This document shows, piece after piece, positions 28,304 through 42,425 of a stretch of 64,000 bases of DNA. The translations under genes and the position numbers were made by a program. A model generated the notes under the pieces. It was not told the origin of the DNA and did not search any database. It saw nothing but the letters and a program-made list of their open reading frames with translations. The first letter of the stretch is position 1. Each line of letters starts with the position of its first letter. The DNA is taken from NCBI GenBank assembly GCA_964016885.1, contig OZ024765.1, positions 2,418,001 through 2,482,000 on the forward strand, read 5' to 3'. Source of the DNA: Eledone cirrhosa (lineage: Eukaryota).

Positions 28304-28676
28304 CATTTCTTTAAAGTAATTAAAAATCTTGATTAACACCAGCTAAGACAGATTACTTCACAGATGAAATAGTTTTTCGGTTGTGTATGTGTATAATATA
28401 TATATATATACGTGTGTGTGTATGTATATATATACATATGTGTGTGTGTGTTTATATATATATATATATGTGTGTATGTGTGTGTGTGTGTGTATATATA
28501 TATATACACGTGTGTGTGTGTATATATATGGGTGTGTGTGTGTGCGTATGTATGTTCCATGTAAGATCTGGTATACATAAATATATATATATATATATGT
28601 TGCAGATGTGTTGCGTGTGTATATATATTTCTGTATGTGCGTATAAATTCGAAGCGTATATATGTGTGTCTATGTG

Positions 28677-28708
<32 letters not shown>

Positions 28709-28827
28709 TATATATATATATTTATATATATATAAACACACACGCATGATATATATATCTATATCTATATATCACACATATATATTTCTGTATGTGCGTA
28801 TAAATTCGATGTGTATATATGTGTTTC

Positions 28828-28896
<69 letters not shown>

Positions 28897-29359
28897 AAAC
28901 ACACACGCATGATATATATATATATCTATATATCACATATATATATTATACACACCCATACATACTATATATATATATATATATACACACATCAATATGG
29001 GAGAATTTGTCTAGGGATCTTTTCAATTTTAAGGGGACATTTTCTGCCTTGATCTAACTTTTGACGTTAAAGATAGAAAGACCCTTTCAAGGGGCTCGTT
29101 TGAAGGTTTCTAGACGACCCCTATAAAGGAGTCCTCTTATGCCGTCTCTCTTTGTTGTAATGTGTTTTCCTTTCAAAATATTTAACAAAGACTGGCAGCA
29201 GAATCGGTAGAGCGTCGGACAACATGCTTTGCGGCATAGTGTTATGGTTCTTTACGTTTATCCTTTCATCCTTACGGGGTCGATAAAATAAAGTACCAGT
29301 AATACACTGGGGTGATTGCTGGCCTTGTGCCAAAAGTAGAAACAATTGTTACTTCTCGG

Positions 29360-29968
29360 GTGGTGTGGCGGTGGTGGCGGCGGTGTGGTGGTGGTGTAGT
29401 GGTGGTGGCAGGAAGAGGAAGGGTGTCTGCCGGCGCGGGGGTGATGCAGTGGCGGTGTAGTGTAGTGTAGTGTAGTGTGGTGGTGTGTAGTGTAGTGTAG
29501 TGTAGTGTGGTGGTGTGTAGTGTAGTGGTGTGTAGTGTGGTGTGGTGGTGTGTAGTGTAGTGTAGTGTGGTGGTGTGTAGTGTAGTGGTGTGTAGTGTAG
29601 TGTAGTGTAGTGTAGTGTGGTGGTGTGTAGTGTAGTGTAGTGACGTGTTGTGTAGTGTGGTGCGGTGGTGTGTAGTGTAGTGTAGTGTGGCGGTGTGTAA
29701 TGTAGTGTAGTGTAGTGTCGTGTTGTGTAGTGTAGTGACGTGTTGTGTAGTGTAGTGTAGTATGGTGTGGTGTGGTGTGGTGTGGTGTGGTGTGGTGTGG
29801 TGTGGTGTGGTGGTGTGTAGTGTAGTGACGTGTTGTGTAGTGTGGTGTGGTGTGGTGTGGTGTGGTGTGGTGTGGTGTGGTGTGGTGTGGTGTGGTGTAG
29901 TGTAGTGTAGTGTAGTGTAGTGTAGTGTAGTGTAGTGTAGTGTAGTGATGCAGTGGCGGTGTGGTGTG
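29360..29968. repeat. (GTGTA)n/(GTGTG)n pentanucleotide repeat
   Basis: Direct reading. Confidence 0.95.
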
Positions 29969-30127
29969 TTATAAACCAATATCAGCAGGTATGGCGGGTT
30001 TACTGTTTGTTGTTTGAACCTGAAGAGGGCGACACATGTATGTTAGAGGCAACGGTTGTTGGAATAGCCCGGAAGGTGGCGTTGTTGTTGGTGGATTGAA
30101 GAGGCACTTGAGAATCTCGTCTTCTTT

Positions 30128-30805
30128 CACATAGCAGTCACCTTAACCATCATCACTATAGCAATCACCTTAACCATCATCACCGCCACCACCATAGCAA
30201 TCACCTCAACCATCATCACCATCATCACCACCGCCACCACCATAGCAGTCACCTTAACCATCATCACCACCATAGCCATCATCATCAACACCACCTTCAC
30301 CACCATCATCATAGTAATCATCTTAGCCATCACCACCACAACCATAGCAGTCACCTTAGCCATCATCACCACCATAGCAATCCCCTTAGCCATCACCACC
30401 ATAGCAGTCACCTTAGCCATCACCACCACCACCATAGCAGTCACGTTCGCCATCACCACCACCATCATAGCAGTCACCTTAGCCATCACCACCACCTCCA
30501 TCATCATAGCAATCACATCAGCTATCATCACCACCATTGACATTATCATCAACACCTTCACCGCATAGCAATCACCTTAATCATCATCACCAACATCATC
30601 ATAGCAATCACCTTAACCATCACCACTACCATAGCAGTCACCTTAACCATCACCACCACCACTTTAACCATTACCATCACCATCATAGCCATCACCTTAA
30701 CCATCACCCCCATAGCAATCATCTTAACCATCACCCCCATAGCAGTCAACTTAGCCATCACCTCCATAGCAATCATCTTAACCATCACCACCACCACCAT
30801 AGCAA
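30128..30805. repeat. Degenerate 27-36-bp minisatellite (catagcagtcaccttagccatcaccacc)
   Basis: Direct reading. Confidence 0.9.
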
Positions 30806-31803
30806 TTTACCCAGTACATTACTGGTACTTTTTTATCGACCCCGTGAGGATGAAAGCCAAAGTTAAATATGCATATGTATGTATGGCTGTGTGTATGTAT
30901 ATACTTAATATCGAAGGGAGGTAACTTCCATATTAAAGTTATAAAAGTTATTCCCCTTAGATACGCAGTACAAACGTACATGCACACAAACATACAACTA
31001 TTTTGAAAATCTGAACATAATTATGTTTTCTAGTAATTTGGGGGAGGGGAAAGTAAATTGAATCAACCGCAGTATGTTACTGGTACTTTATTTTATCGAC
31101 CCCGTAGGGATGAAAAGGCAAAGTTAACCTCGGCGGAATTTGGACTCAGAAAGTAAAGGGCCGTAACTCTGTGCTGCAAAGCATGGTGTCCGACTCTCTA
31201 CCGATACTGCCAATCCACCACCCGTAAAATAATTGTTTCTACTTTTGGCACAAGGCCAGCAATTATCCCAGTGTATTACTGGTACTTTATATTATCGACC
31301 CCGTAACGATGAAAAGCCAAAGATAACCTCAGCGGGATTTGAACTCAGGGCCGTAACTCTATACTTGGCAGCAGGGTGTCCGACGCTCTACAAATACCGT
31401 TAATCCACTGCCCGTATAATAATGGTTTCTACTTTAGGCTAAGGCCAGTAATGTGGCGGAAGGGGAGAGACGATTAAATCGACCCCAGTGCGTGACAGGT
31501 ACTTTATTTTATCGACCCCGCAAGGATGACAGGCAAAATTAAATAATAATGGCCCTAACAGTTGTTCCAATGTTCAAAAGTGACCCACCAATGGAATATG
31601 TTGCACACCCTCGTTATAGACTATAGCTATACATACGTATGTTTGGCTGGGTGGATGTATATACTTAGTCACTAAGGGAGATAACTTCTACATTTAAGTT
31701 ATCAAAGTTATCTCCCTTAGATACGCAGTACATACATACACGCACACAGACATACAACTATTTTGAAAATCTGAACATAAATGTAAGGTGTTTTCTTACT
31801 AAC

Positions 31804-31843
<40 letters not shown>

Positions 31844-31859
31844 GCGCCTTCTCGCTCAT

Positions 31860-34310
31860 GTCATAGAGTGGTGTCACCCTAGCTCCGCAGTGCCAAAGAG
31901 CGGCATCCTAGCCTCAAAAGAGCCGTATTTATGCAGACTGTCTCCCCAGTGCGATACTGATTCCCTCTAGAAAAACAGGTTCCATAGTGTACCACCCTAG
32001 CTCCGTAGTGCCATAGTGCGGCACCCTAGCTTCGAAGTGCCATATTTGTTACCTTATCTCCCCATTGCCATACTACGTCATCCTAGTTCTATAATATGTC
32101 AGTGAATCTCTCCAGTTAGTGTGCCACCCTAGCTCCTCAGTGCCAAAGAGCGACACCCTAGCTTCAAAGTGCCATATTTGACACCCTATCTCCCCATTAC
32201 CATACTGCGATATCCTAGTTCCATCTTATGTCACTGAAGCTACCGAGTTCTATAGTGTGTCACCCTAGCTCCGCAGCGGCACTCTAGCTCCGAACTGCCG
32301 TATTTTCAACCCAATCTCCCCATTACCATAGTGGGTCACCCTAGCTTTATATTTCTATACTGTGCCACTAAAAATCCCTAGTTCTATAGTGTGCCACCCT
32401 AGCTCCGCTGTGCCATAATGCGGCACGCTAGCTTCAAAAGAGCCATATTTATCCAGACTATCTCCCTAGTTCCACACCACTTCACTCTAGCCCCCCACTC
32501 CCAGTGTGCCGGCCTAGCTCCGCAGTGCCATAATGCGGCACCATAGCTTCAAAGTACTATATTTTCCCACACTATCTCCCCATTGCGATAGGGGAGTCAC
32601 CCTAGTTCCATATTTCCATAATATGTCAGTGAATCTCCCCAGTTCCATAGTGTGCCACCCTAGCTCCGCAGTGCCAAAGAGCGGCACCCTACCTTCGAGG
32701 TGCCTTATTTGTCACCCTATCTCCCCATTATCATACTGCGAAATCCTAGTTCCATTTTGTGTCACTGAAGCTACCGAGTTCTATAGTGTGTCACCTGAAC
32801 TCCGCAGTGCCATAGTGCGGCACTCTAGATCCGAACTGCAGTATTTTTCGAATCTATGTCCCCATTGCTATAGAGAGTCATCCTAGCTCTATATTTCCAT
32901 CTGGTCTCACTGAAGCTCCGCAGTTCTATAGTGTGTCACCCATAGCTCCGCTGTGCCATAATGCGGCACCCTAGCTTCAAAGTGCCTTATTTGACACCCT
33001 AACTTCCAAGTTCCATACTGCCACATCCTAGTTCCATACTGTGTGACTGAATCTCCCCAGTTCTATATTGCGGCACCCTTGCACCACAATTCCATAGTGC
33101 GGCACACTAGCTTCATAGTGCCATATTTTCCCACACTATCTCCCCATTGCCATAGGGAGGTCACTCTAGCTCCATATTTCCATACTGTGTCACTCAAACC
33201 TCCCAGTACAACAGTGTGCCGCCCTGGCTCCGCAGTGCCATTTGCAGCACCATAGCTTCGAAGTGCTTTATTTGTGTCCCTAACTCCCCATTGCCATACT
33301 GCCACATCCTAGTTCCATTGCGTGTCAATGAAGCTCCCCAGGGTCACAGTGTGCGACTCTAACTGCGCTGTGCCATACTGCGGCACACTAACTTCAAAGT
33401 GCCATATTTTCCCACACTATCTCCCCGTTGCCATAGTGAGGTCACTCTAGCTCCATATTTCCACACTGTGTCACTGAAACCTCCCAGTACCACAGTGTGC
33501 CACCCGAGGTCCGCTGTGCCATACTGCGGCACCCTAGCTTCGAAGTGCTTTATTTGACACCCTAACTTCCAAGTGCCATACTGCGACATCCTAGTTCCAT
33601 ACTGTTTGACTGAATCTCCCCAGTTCCATATTGCGGCACCCTTGCACCACCGTGCCATAGTGCGGCACCCCAGCTTCAGAGTGCCATATTTTCCCACACT
33701 ATCTCCCCATTGAAATAGGGGAGGTCACCCTTGTTCGATATTTCCAAAATATGTCAGTGAATCTCCCCAGTTCCATAGTGTACCGCCCTAGCTCCGCAGT
33801 GCCATAGTGCGGCACACAAGCTTCGAAGTGCCATATTGGTCACCATATGTCCCCATTGCCACGGGGGGGGTGACCCCGAGCTCCATATTTCCATACTGTG
33901 TCACTGAAAATCCCCAGTTCTAAAATGTGTCACTCTAGCACCGCAGTGCCATAGTGCGGCACTAACTCCGAACTGCCATATTTTCCCACACTATGTCCCC
34001 ATTGCCACAGGGGGGTCACCCTAGCTCTATATTTCCATACTGTGTCACTGAATCTCCCCAGTTCCATAGTGTGCCGCCCTAGCTCGGCTGTGTCATAATG
34101 CGGCACACTAGCTTTGTGGTGCTTATTTGATACACTGTCTGCGACATCCTAGTTCCACATTTCTATTCTGTTTCACTGAATCGCCCCAGTTCCGTATTGC
34201 GGCACCCTAGTTCCGCAGTGCCATAGTGCGGCACTCTAGCTTCAAAGTGCCATATTTTCCCACCCTCTGTACTCATTGCCATGGGGCGGGGTGTCACCCT
34301 AGCTTCCAAT
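31860..34310. repeat. Complex GC-richer hierarchical satellite
   Basis: Basal units of about 28-30 bp (gccatagtgcggcaccctagcttcaaagt) arranged in ~140-bp cycles ending gtcactgaatctccccagttccatagt. Confidence 0.85.
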
Positions 34311-34552
34311 GGGAAAAATACGTCGAGTGCTTGATGTCATTATCATCAATGTTTACCGTAAGTTTATCATACACCATGTATAAGCATTTTTTCATTACCA
34401 TTATAAGGGTTCTGACGAGACGTGGATTACAGAGTCGGGCTAGATCGATACAGAAGGAACCTTGAGCTGATCACTGGCGAAACGCGCATCACCAACCAAT
34501 AAACGTAGTGAAGGAGTAACCACTCGTCCTTGTTTTATTTTATTTTATATAT

Positions 34553-34613
<61 letters not shown>

Positions 34614-34739
34614 CATGTATGTATGTATGTATGTATGTATGTATGTATGTGTATGTATGTATAATAAGATTCAGTAGAGCACCTGTCCGAGATCAGATCT
34701 GCGCCCTAGTTGGCCTTAACTATAACGCCAGACCTGAGT

Positions 34740-34948
34740 AACACGTCACTAAAACTCTAATCACTGATTGGTCAGATCCAGCTGACATTAAAAGCCAGCG
34801 ATCGTCTGCTACATTTTGGGGGCTAGTTTGAACGTTAGAAAACAACATCAAAATGTTCACAACGATGGCTTCTTTGGAGATTTATCAAATAAATACTGAG
34901 AGAAATCCTATACTAATTGGATGGAAAAGATAGTATATACCGGTAAGT
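34740..34948 (+). promoter_or_regulatory. Candidate promoter and first exon with splice donor
   Basis: ACGTCA at 34743, inverted CCAAT (gattgg) at 34766, unique CpG-containing DNA, consensus donor CG|GTAAGT at 34942/34943. Confidence 0.35.
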
Positions 34949-35724
34949 ATCTAATGATATCTTAAAATTTTATTTAAATTCTGTCATGTTATTAACATTT
35001 CGTATTTAAACATGAAACACTCGTAAATTTACTAACACATGTTAACAGCCATAACGATACGAAATATTCCTTTCGGTTTTGAAGTATATATTTATATTTT
35101 GTGTTTATCTTTTAAATGTTTTGAAGGGAAGATTACTTAACAGCAAGACTGCTAGAGCTTTGGGTGTCTTTAAGGGCCTCGGTTCTCGGTTTTTAGCCCT
35201 TCACACACTGCTCGGGGTTGGCGTATTTTCGACTTGCTATTGTTTATATCTACCGGTGACATATCGTGAACTAATGTGTGTATATATACATATGTATATA
35301 TATATATATACACACAGGTGTATACACACTTCAACAACATTCTAATAAATAATGCCTGTACAGATAATCAAAGTGTGTATACATTTTTTTAGGACACTAT
35401 TTAAACATATATATATAATCTTAGACTGCTTCGTACAGTTGTAAAATTGTCTTTAAATAAACCCAGATATACACATAAATATATGTATGTATATATATAT
35501 AAATCTTTATATACGTATATCTATATAAATATATATACGTATATCTATATATATATGTTTATATACGTATATCTATATAAATATATATATATTTGTATAC
35601 ACACGGAGAGTTAGATACATATATATACACAGACTTAAATGTATATATACACAGTTAAACACATATAAACAGAGGCTTAAATACATATTTAGAGAGTTGA
35701 ATGCATATATACACACAGATTTAA

Positions 35725-35766
<42 letters not shown>

Positions 35767-36028
35767 AATGCATGCATACACGCACATTATATATATTTGT
35801 ATTAAAACACACAAATAACTGTATATACACAGATTTAAATAAATATACACCGAATATATAGACAAAAAAAAAATATATATATATATATGTAGAAGTTATA
35901 TTTAATTTGTTGGGATACAACAAGCAAAATATTTTTATAACTGATATAAAGCACTCAACAAATATTTGGAGTAAAAATACGATATAATAACAAATAGAAA
36001 CTATAAATATAGTATCCATTTGTTTATC

Positions 36029-36066
<38 letters not shown>

Positions 36067-37219
36067 TACTTACATATATAGAAAGTACAGCAAGTATCCG
36101 TCCACGGAGACTTGAATATGTTAAAGGTAAAACTCCTTAATTAGAAGGACTAATTAATTGGTAATAGTTAAATATGACACATGCGTTTTGTTTAGGAGAT
36201 GGGGCTTCCCCACCGCCATGTTACGTCTTCACCACCACCACTACGGCCGCCATGTTGTGTCTTCCCCCACCACCACCACTATGGCTGTTGGGTTTTCTTC
36301 CTCCCACCACCACCACGCGTGTTCTGTTCCTGCGCCTTCACCACCACTACGGCACGTGGCTTTGTGGTTGAGGTATTCGGTTCACAATCGTAAGGTCGTG
36401 AGTTCGATTCCCAGCGGCACATTGTCTTTGAGTAAGACACTTTATTTCACATTGATCCCGTCCACTGTGTCCTTGAGCAAGACACTTTATTTCACGTTGA
36501 TCCCGTCCACTGTGTCCTTGAGCAAGACACTTTATTTCACGTTGCGCCAGTCGACTCAACTGGCAAAAATGAATTGTGCCTGTAATTCGAATGGCCAACC
36601 TTGTCACATTATGTGTCACACTGAATCTCCCTGAGAATTGTGTTTTGGGTAAGCATGTCTGTGGAATGCTCAGCCACTTACACGTTAATTTAACGAGCAG
36701 GCTGTTCTGTTGAACATATCAACTGGAACACATAATACAAGATTTTGATGCTATTTATTTAGAGAACAATACCTTAACATCAGTATGAACATCTGGTTAC
36801 AGCCGATTTGAACAAAGAGGTGAGAGTATTCTGACGGGTTTAAATGTTAAAGGGTTAACTTTTTATTTAATTTTATTTAATTGTATAGTTCGTAAATAGG
36901 GGATTTCTTGTAATGTTTGGGTTTTTTTATGTAAATTAAAATAATTATTAGATTCTCCAGCTGCTGTATCAATATGAATCACAAAATTTCGTCGGAGATA
37001 GTAATCCTACCCACCCACCACTTGGTAGTAGACCCCCACCTTAAACACTTACCCTATATACTCGAACGTAAGCTGACTACCCGTCCCTTCCTATATTTAT
37101 TGACTGAGAAATAGGCAAAAATCCAAACCCCATTTATAAACCGAGGCAGCTAATCAATACATTGTTTAAATGGTGTATATAAGCCAACCTCCCATTTTAC
37201 CATCAAGGTTTTGGTCTCA

Positions 37220-38400
37220 TACAAGGGTGCTGCAAATGATTCATGGAAAAAGGACAGGTGGGAAAATGGTTTAAGTTATGATGTTTATATTTCAACATAT
37301 GCTCCAGCTAGGTCAATACACTTCTGCAAGCATTGATACCAGCCTTTAAGTCCATCTGTGTAAAACTGAGGGCCATAAACCATGTCAAACAAGTGTTGAT
37401 ACGACCTTTTAAGTCCATCTGTGTAAAACTGAGGGCCATGTGATTTAAACCATATCAAACAAGCGTTGATACCAGCCTGTAAGTTAATCTGTGTAAAACA
37501 GGGCCATATGCTTTAAACCATGTCAAACAAGCGTTGATACCAGCCTGTAAGTTAATCTGTGTAAAACAGGGCCATATGCTTTAAACCATGTCAAACAAGC
37601 GTTGATACCAGCCTGTAAGTTAATCTGTGTAAAACAGGGCCATATGATTTAAACCATGTCAAACAAGCGTTGATACCAGCCTGTAAGTTAATCTGTGTAA
37701 AACAGGGCCATATGATTTAAACCATGTCAAACAAGCATTGATACCAGCCTGTAAGTTAATCTGTGTAAAACAGGGCCATATGATTTAAACCATGTCAAAC
37801 AAGCATTGATACCAGCCTGTAAGTTAATCTGTGTAAAACGGCCATATGATTTAAACCATGTCAAACAAGCGTTGATACCAGCCTGTAAGTTAATCTGTGT
37901 AAAACAGGGCCATATGATTTAAACCATGTCAAACAAGCGTTGATACCAGCCTGTAAGTTAATCTGTGTAAAACAGGGCCATATGATTTAAACCATGTCAA
38001 ACAAGCGTTGATACCAGCCTGTAAGTCCATCTGTGTAAAACTGAGGGCCATGTGAAAGCAGCTTTATTTACATCTTCAACTGGGGATCTTCAACCTCATC
38101 TCTTCCACTTCTAAAACAATTTATCCATTTGTAGGGTGTTGATTTATTGGGGCATTGTCCCCATAAACTTGCTCCAGAATGTCAATGTTTTGGCTGCTCT
38201 TCCACCCTAGCTTCAACATCAATTTGATGTATTGTTGGAGGCCATGTTGCTCGAAGTGGCAGTACCGCATTGCAACATGCATATAAGGACATGTTATGAC
38301 ACTTTAGTACAAGAACATACAGGTGTATTGAGATCAAAATCCCTGCATGTGGTTTTTTACTATGTACTTTTTCCACAAATTTTTTGAAGACCCCTTGTAT
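37220..38400 (-). mobile_element. Mariner-like element remnant with an internal 68-bp tandem array
   Basis: Imperfect terminal inverted repeats tacaagggtgctgcaaatgattcatggaaaa / ttttccacaaattttttgaagaccccttgta; minus strand encodes ...GWYQCLQKCIDLAGAYVEI* (mariner C-terminus); 68-bp unit repeated about 10 times at 37325-38055. Confidence 0.75.
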
Positions 38401-38929
38401 TCCTCAGCTTACATTCCAGATATATGGTACATCTGTGTCTACAAGAAAGCATAGAAAAAACATTTTTCAAAACCATACAATGCACTAGAAAATTAAAATT
38501 GCTAAGATAACAATAGAATCTTACCTTAGCAAATTTAATAATCCCAATTTTTTATTTTATTCTAGATAACATAAACGAAAATAAGAACAAAAACAAAATG
38601 ATAATTTTTTTTTTATTGAAGTATTGTTTGTTAGTTTTTATTTTTATTTTTCCCGTTCAGGTCAGGTCAGCAGCAAATTTTCCCTGAGTGTCTCAGCAGT
38701 ATTTTGAAATTTTGACCTGCTTTTGACCTCAATTTGGTCAATTTATATATTACACACCAACCACTTCATATATTACATTCTGAACAATATGTTATCTTCT
38801 TAAGCAGTCACAACCCCTTCTCAGTGGTCCCTATTAACTGATTGCTGTCCCCTCTTTAAAACATCTCATTTGGCTTAGTGTACCTCTGTTTCAAGTCTGT
38901 TGTGTTTTATATCCTTCATTAACCATTTA

Positions 38930-39714
38930 CCATTTACATTACTCTATATATGCTATTATATTTTCACAGTAAAGGCTTTACCTCACATAATACCTCACAT
39001 AACATTTACATTACTCAATATATACTATTGTATTTTCACAGTAAAGGCTTTACCTCACATAATATCTCACATAACATTTACATTACTCTATATATACTAT
39101 TGTATTTTCACAGTAAAGGCTTTACCTCACATAATATCTCACATAACATTTACATTACTCTATATATACTATTGTATTTTCACAGTAAAGGCTTTACCTC
39201 ACATAATATCTCACATAACATTTACATTACTCTATATATACTATTGTATTGTCACAGTAAAGGCTTTACCTCACATAATATCTCACATAACATTTACATT
39301 ACTCTATATATACTATTGTATTTTCACAGTAAAGGCTTTACCTCACATAATATCTCACATAACATTTACATTACTCTATATATACTATTGTATTTTCACA
39401 GTAAAGGCTTTACCTCACATAATATCTCACATAACATTTACATTACTCTATATATACTATTGTATTTTCACAGTAAAGGCTTTACCTCACATAATATCTC
39501 ACATAACATTTACATTACTCTATATATACTATTGTATTTTCACAGTAAAGGCTTTACCTCACATAATATCTCACATAACATTTACATTACTCTATATATA
39601 CTATTGTATTTTCACAGTAAAGGCTTTACCTCACATAATATCTCACATAACATTTACATTACTCTATATATACTATTGTATTTTCACAGTAAAGGCTTTA
39701 CCTCACATAATATT
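38930..39714 (+). repeat. 72-bp tandem array (about 11 copies) derived from a TTAA-MITE end
   Basis: Unit tttacattactctatatatactattgtattttcacagtaaaggctttacctcacataatatctcacataacat; lines 39001 and 39361 match at 360 bp = 5 units. Confidence 0.95.
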
Positions 39715-40564
39715 GTATAAAGGTTTAGTGAGCCAAAGAGATTTTTTTTTTAATCAATTGAAAAATTAAACCCATAGTGTCAATAACATTTTTTTTTCAA
39801 AGAGAGCAAGGGAGACAACTCTGAAATTTAAATTGATTTAAAAAAACCAATAGAGTTGGAGACATTTACATACATACAACACACACACATATATATACAT
39901 ACAATATATACACACAGATGTATATATATATATGTATGTACACACACATGTATGAATGTATATACATACACACACACACAAAATATATATAATATACATG
40001 CATATACTACATACACACATACATACTCACAAATATACATATATACATATACAATATATACATATATATATACAATATATACATGCTCACAAATATACAT
40101 ACACATAAATATACAATACATACACATATACATACATACACACTATATATATATATATAGATATATATATATATCAAAGGTATATATTGAGTTAGAAACT
40201 CAAAATAGTCTCTTACAATTAAATAGCTCAAAGAAAGAGATATTTCCGAGCCGTATATTATAATAGAATATAAAAGAGAGATAAACACAGATATATACAT
40301 ATATGTGTTCAAATCGTAAGGGAGCAGATTCGCTAGGGTGAATAGGATACTAACTATGAACAATAGGGTTTGCCAGACTCAATTTAAGAATAAATCAAGA
40401 AAATAAATAGAAACCGAAATTGTGGTAACTATCAAATTTAATTGTGAAGAAGAATACCAATTCTTTTTGCTCGTCTTTTTCACCCTAGCCAATCTGTTCC
40501 CTTACGATTTGAACACACACATATATATATATATATGTGTTTATCTCTCTTTTATATTCAATTA

Positions 40565-40608
<44 letters not shown>

Positions 40609-41185
40609 ATAATAATAAATTTGAAGACTAAAATCCAAAGAGGGCTCGATAAGGATAAATATATATCAAATATATAAGAACTATAGAGCAAATATTTAGT
40701 AAAATAACAGATTAAAGTTTAAACAAAGAATCGCTGCTTTCACCCTTAACGGGATCTTCTGAAACTAAAAAAAAATCAATCTGTCAATGCAGATTTATAC
40801 CATAAACGTGGTTTTTTTCTTTGCGTGTAATTGTTTCCACCGCTCCAAATAATGACGTGTTATCTTCGTTTTTTTCCGTTCTTTGCCAGGAACGTCTCCA
40901 CGAACCACAGTATCGTCTTCCTGTCTTCCTTCGGTTGCAACATTTTTCAAAATATTTACTTCTGCGTTCACAGATTGATTTTTTTAGTTTCAGAAGATCC
41001 CGTCAAGGGTGAAAGCAGGGATTCTTTGCTTAAACTTTAATCTGTTATTTTACTAAATATATATATATATAATTAGAAAGTGAACAACACAAAATATAAC
41101 TTTTGTGTTGTTCACTTTCCAATTAAATAGCTCTGTTCTATACATAGAGCACTCTTTTTTCATTTACTTCTCCTTCGGAATTACC

Positions 41186-41262
<77 letters not shown>

Positions 41263-42065
41263 CGTAGTGAATTTCATCATCTTCTGATGATTTGATTGCT
41301 ATTTCGTTTATCTTTAATTCTTCTTCCTCTTCTACTTTTAAATCACAGTTAATTAGTCAGAAAGTTAATTAATTATAAAACTCATTAACCTTCAGCACGC
41401 TCTGGGCGCCTTATGTCGCCAACTGAGTAATCTCCCTTTAATTTATAATAGGGTGTCAAGGGAAGTAACTCAGAAAACAATTCAGAGTGCTGAAGATTAA
41501 GGAAGAAGTAAGAAATTTGATTCAAAGAAAAAAAAGAAAAATAATAATAATACTTTCTAATATAGGCACAATAATAATAATAATTCTATATTTCGCACAA
41601 GGCCAGCAATTTGAAAGGAGGGGAAAGTCGACTAAATCGACCCCAGGGCATTACTGGTACTTTATTTTATCGACCCTGTCAGGATGAAAGGCAAAGTTAA
41701 CCTCGGCCGGATTTGAACTCAGAATGTAAAGGGACGTAACTCTATGCCACAAAATATTGTCCGACACTCTACCGATTCTGCCAGTTCACCGCCCTAATAA
41801 TAATTGTTTCTACTTTTTGGCACAAGGCCAGCAATTACCCCCAGTACATTACTGGTACTTTATTTCATCGACCCCCGTAAGAATGAAAGGCAAAGTTAAC
41901 CTCGGCGGGATTCGAACTCAGAATGGCAAGGGCCGTAACTCTATCTGTCAAAGCATGGTGTCTGACGCTCTATCGATACTGCCAATCCATTGCCCTAATA
42001 ATAATAATAATAGTAATAATAATGATAATACTAATAATAAATAAGCACGATTGCAGGAGTATCGC

Positions 42066-42305
42066 TCAGATATTTTCTAAAGGTACATCTAACTCAAGGG
42101 TTTGTATTTCTCGGTTTAGAACTTTGGATATTTTTGCCAAAAGGTTAAAATCCATAAGGTCTTTCCTAGTTATCATTCCTACGACACCGTTTTTGTCATC
42201 TGTCACCACAAGATGGCGCAATCCAAGACTTCGGAAGATTATGTAAGTTCTGTAGAGAGAAAACCTTTCTGGAATACACATTGCGGACTGGTTTATGTAG
42301 GGTTT
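42066..42305 (-). CDS. CLC transporter terminal coding exon (CBS2, stop)
   Basis: tttcag|AAA...TGA; 240 nt; KPYINQSAMCIPERFSLYRTYIIFRSLGLRHLVVTDDKNGVVGMITRKDL...ENI*; the 16 exons total 2388 nt = 795 aa + stop. Confidence 0.96.
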   Translation of the reverse strand, partial: KPYINQSAMCIPERFSLYRTYIIFRSLGLRHLVVTDDKNGVVGMITRKDLMDFNLLAKISKVLNREIQTLELDVPLENI

Positions 42306-42425
42306 CTGAAAAAGAAACAAAAAAAATGGGAAATTTGTTAACAAAAAAAAAGATCTGAGAGAAAAGAAACTCTCTCTCACCTCTTTCTGTTCAAACCGGT
42401 TGTAACGGGCCACCCATATCTACAT

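Noticed and set aside
29970-30131. 53-codon open minus-strand frame VKEDEILKCLFNPP...DIGL* in a unique island
   Set aside because: There is an in-frame stop just upstream, no convincing acceptor, and no recognisable homology.
32533-34465. ORFs of 70-117 aa in the complex satellite
   Set aside because: They are short, occur on both strands with frame changes between cycles, and show no recognisable domain.
38900-39769. ORFs of 256-289 aa (and the 62657-63451 ORF) with a 24-aa repeat
   Set aside because: These arise from a 72-bp MITE-derived array; two frames are open and there is no unique coding flank.
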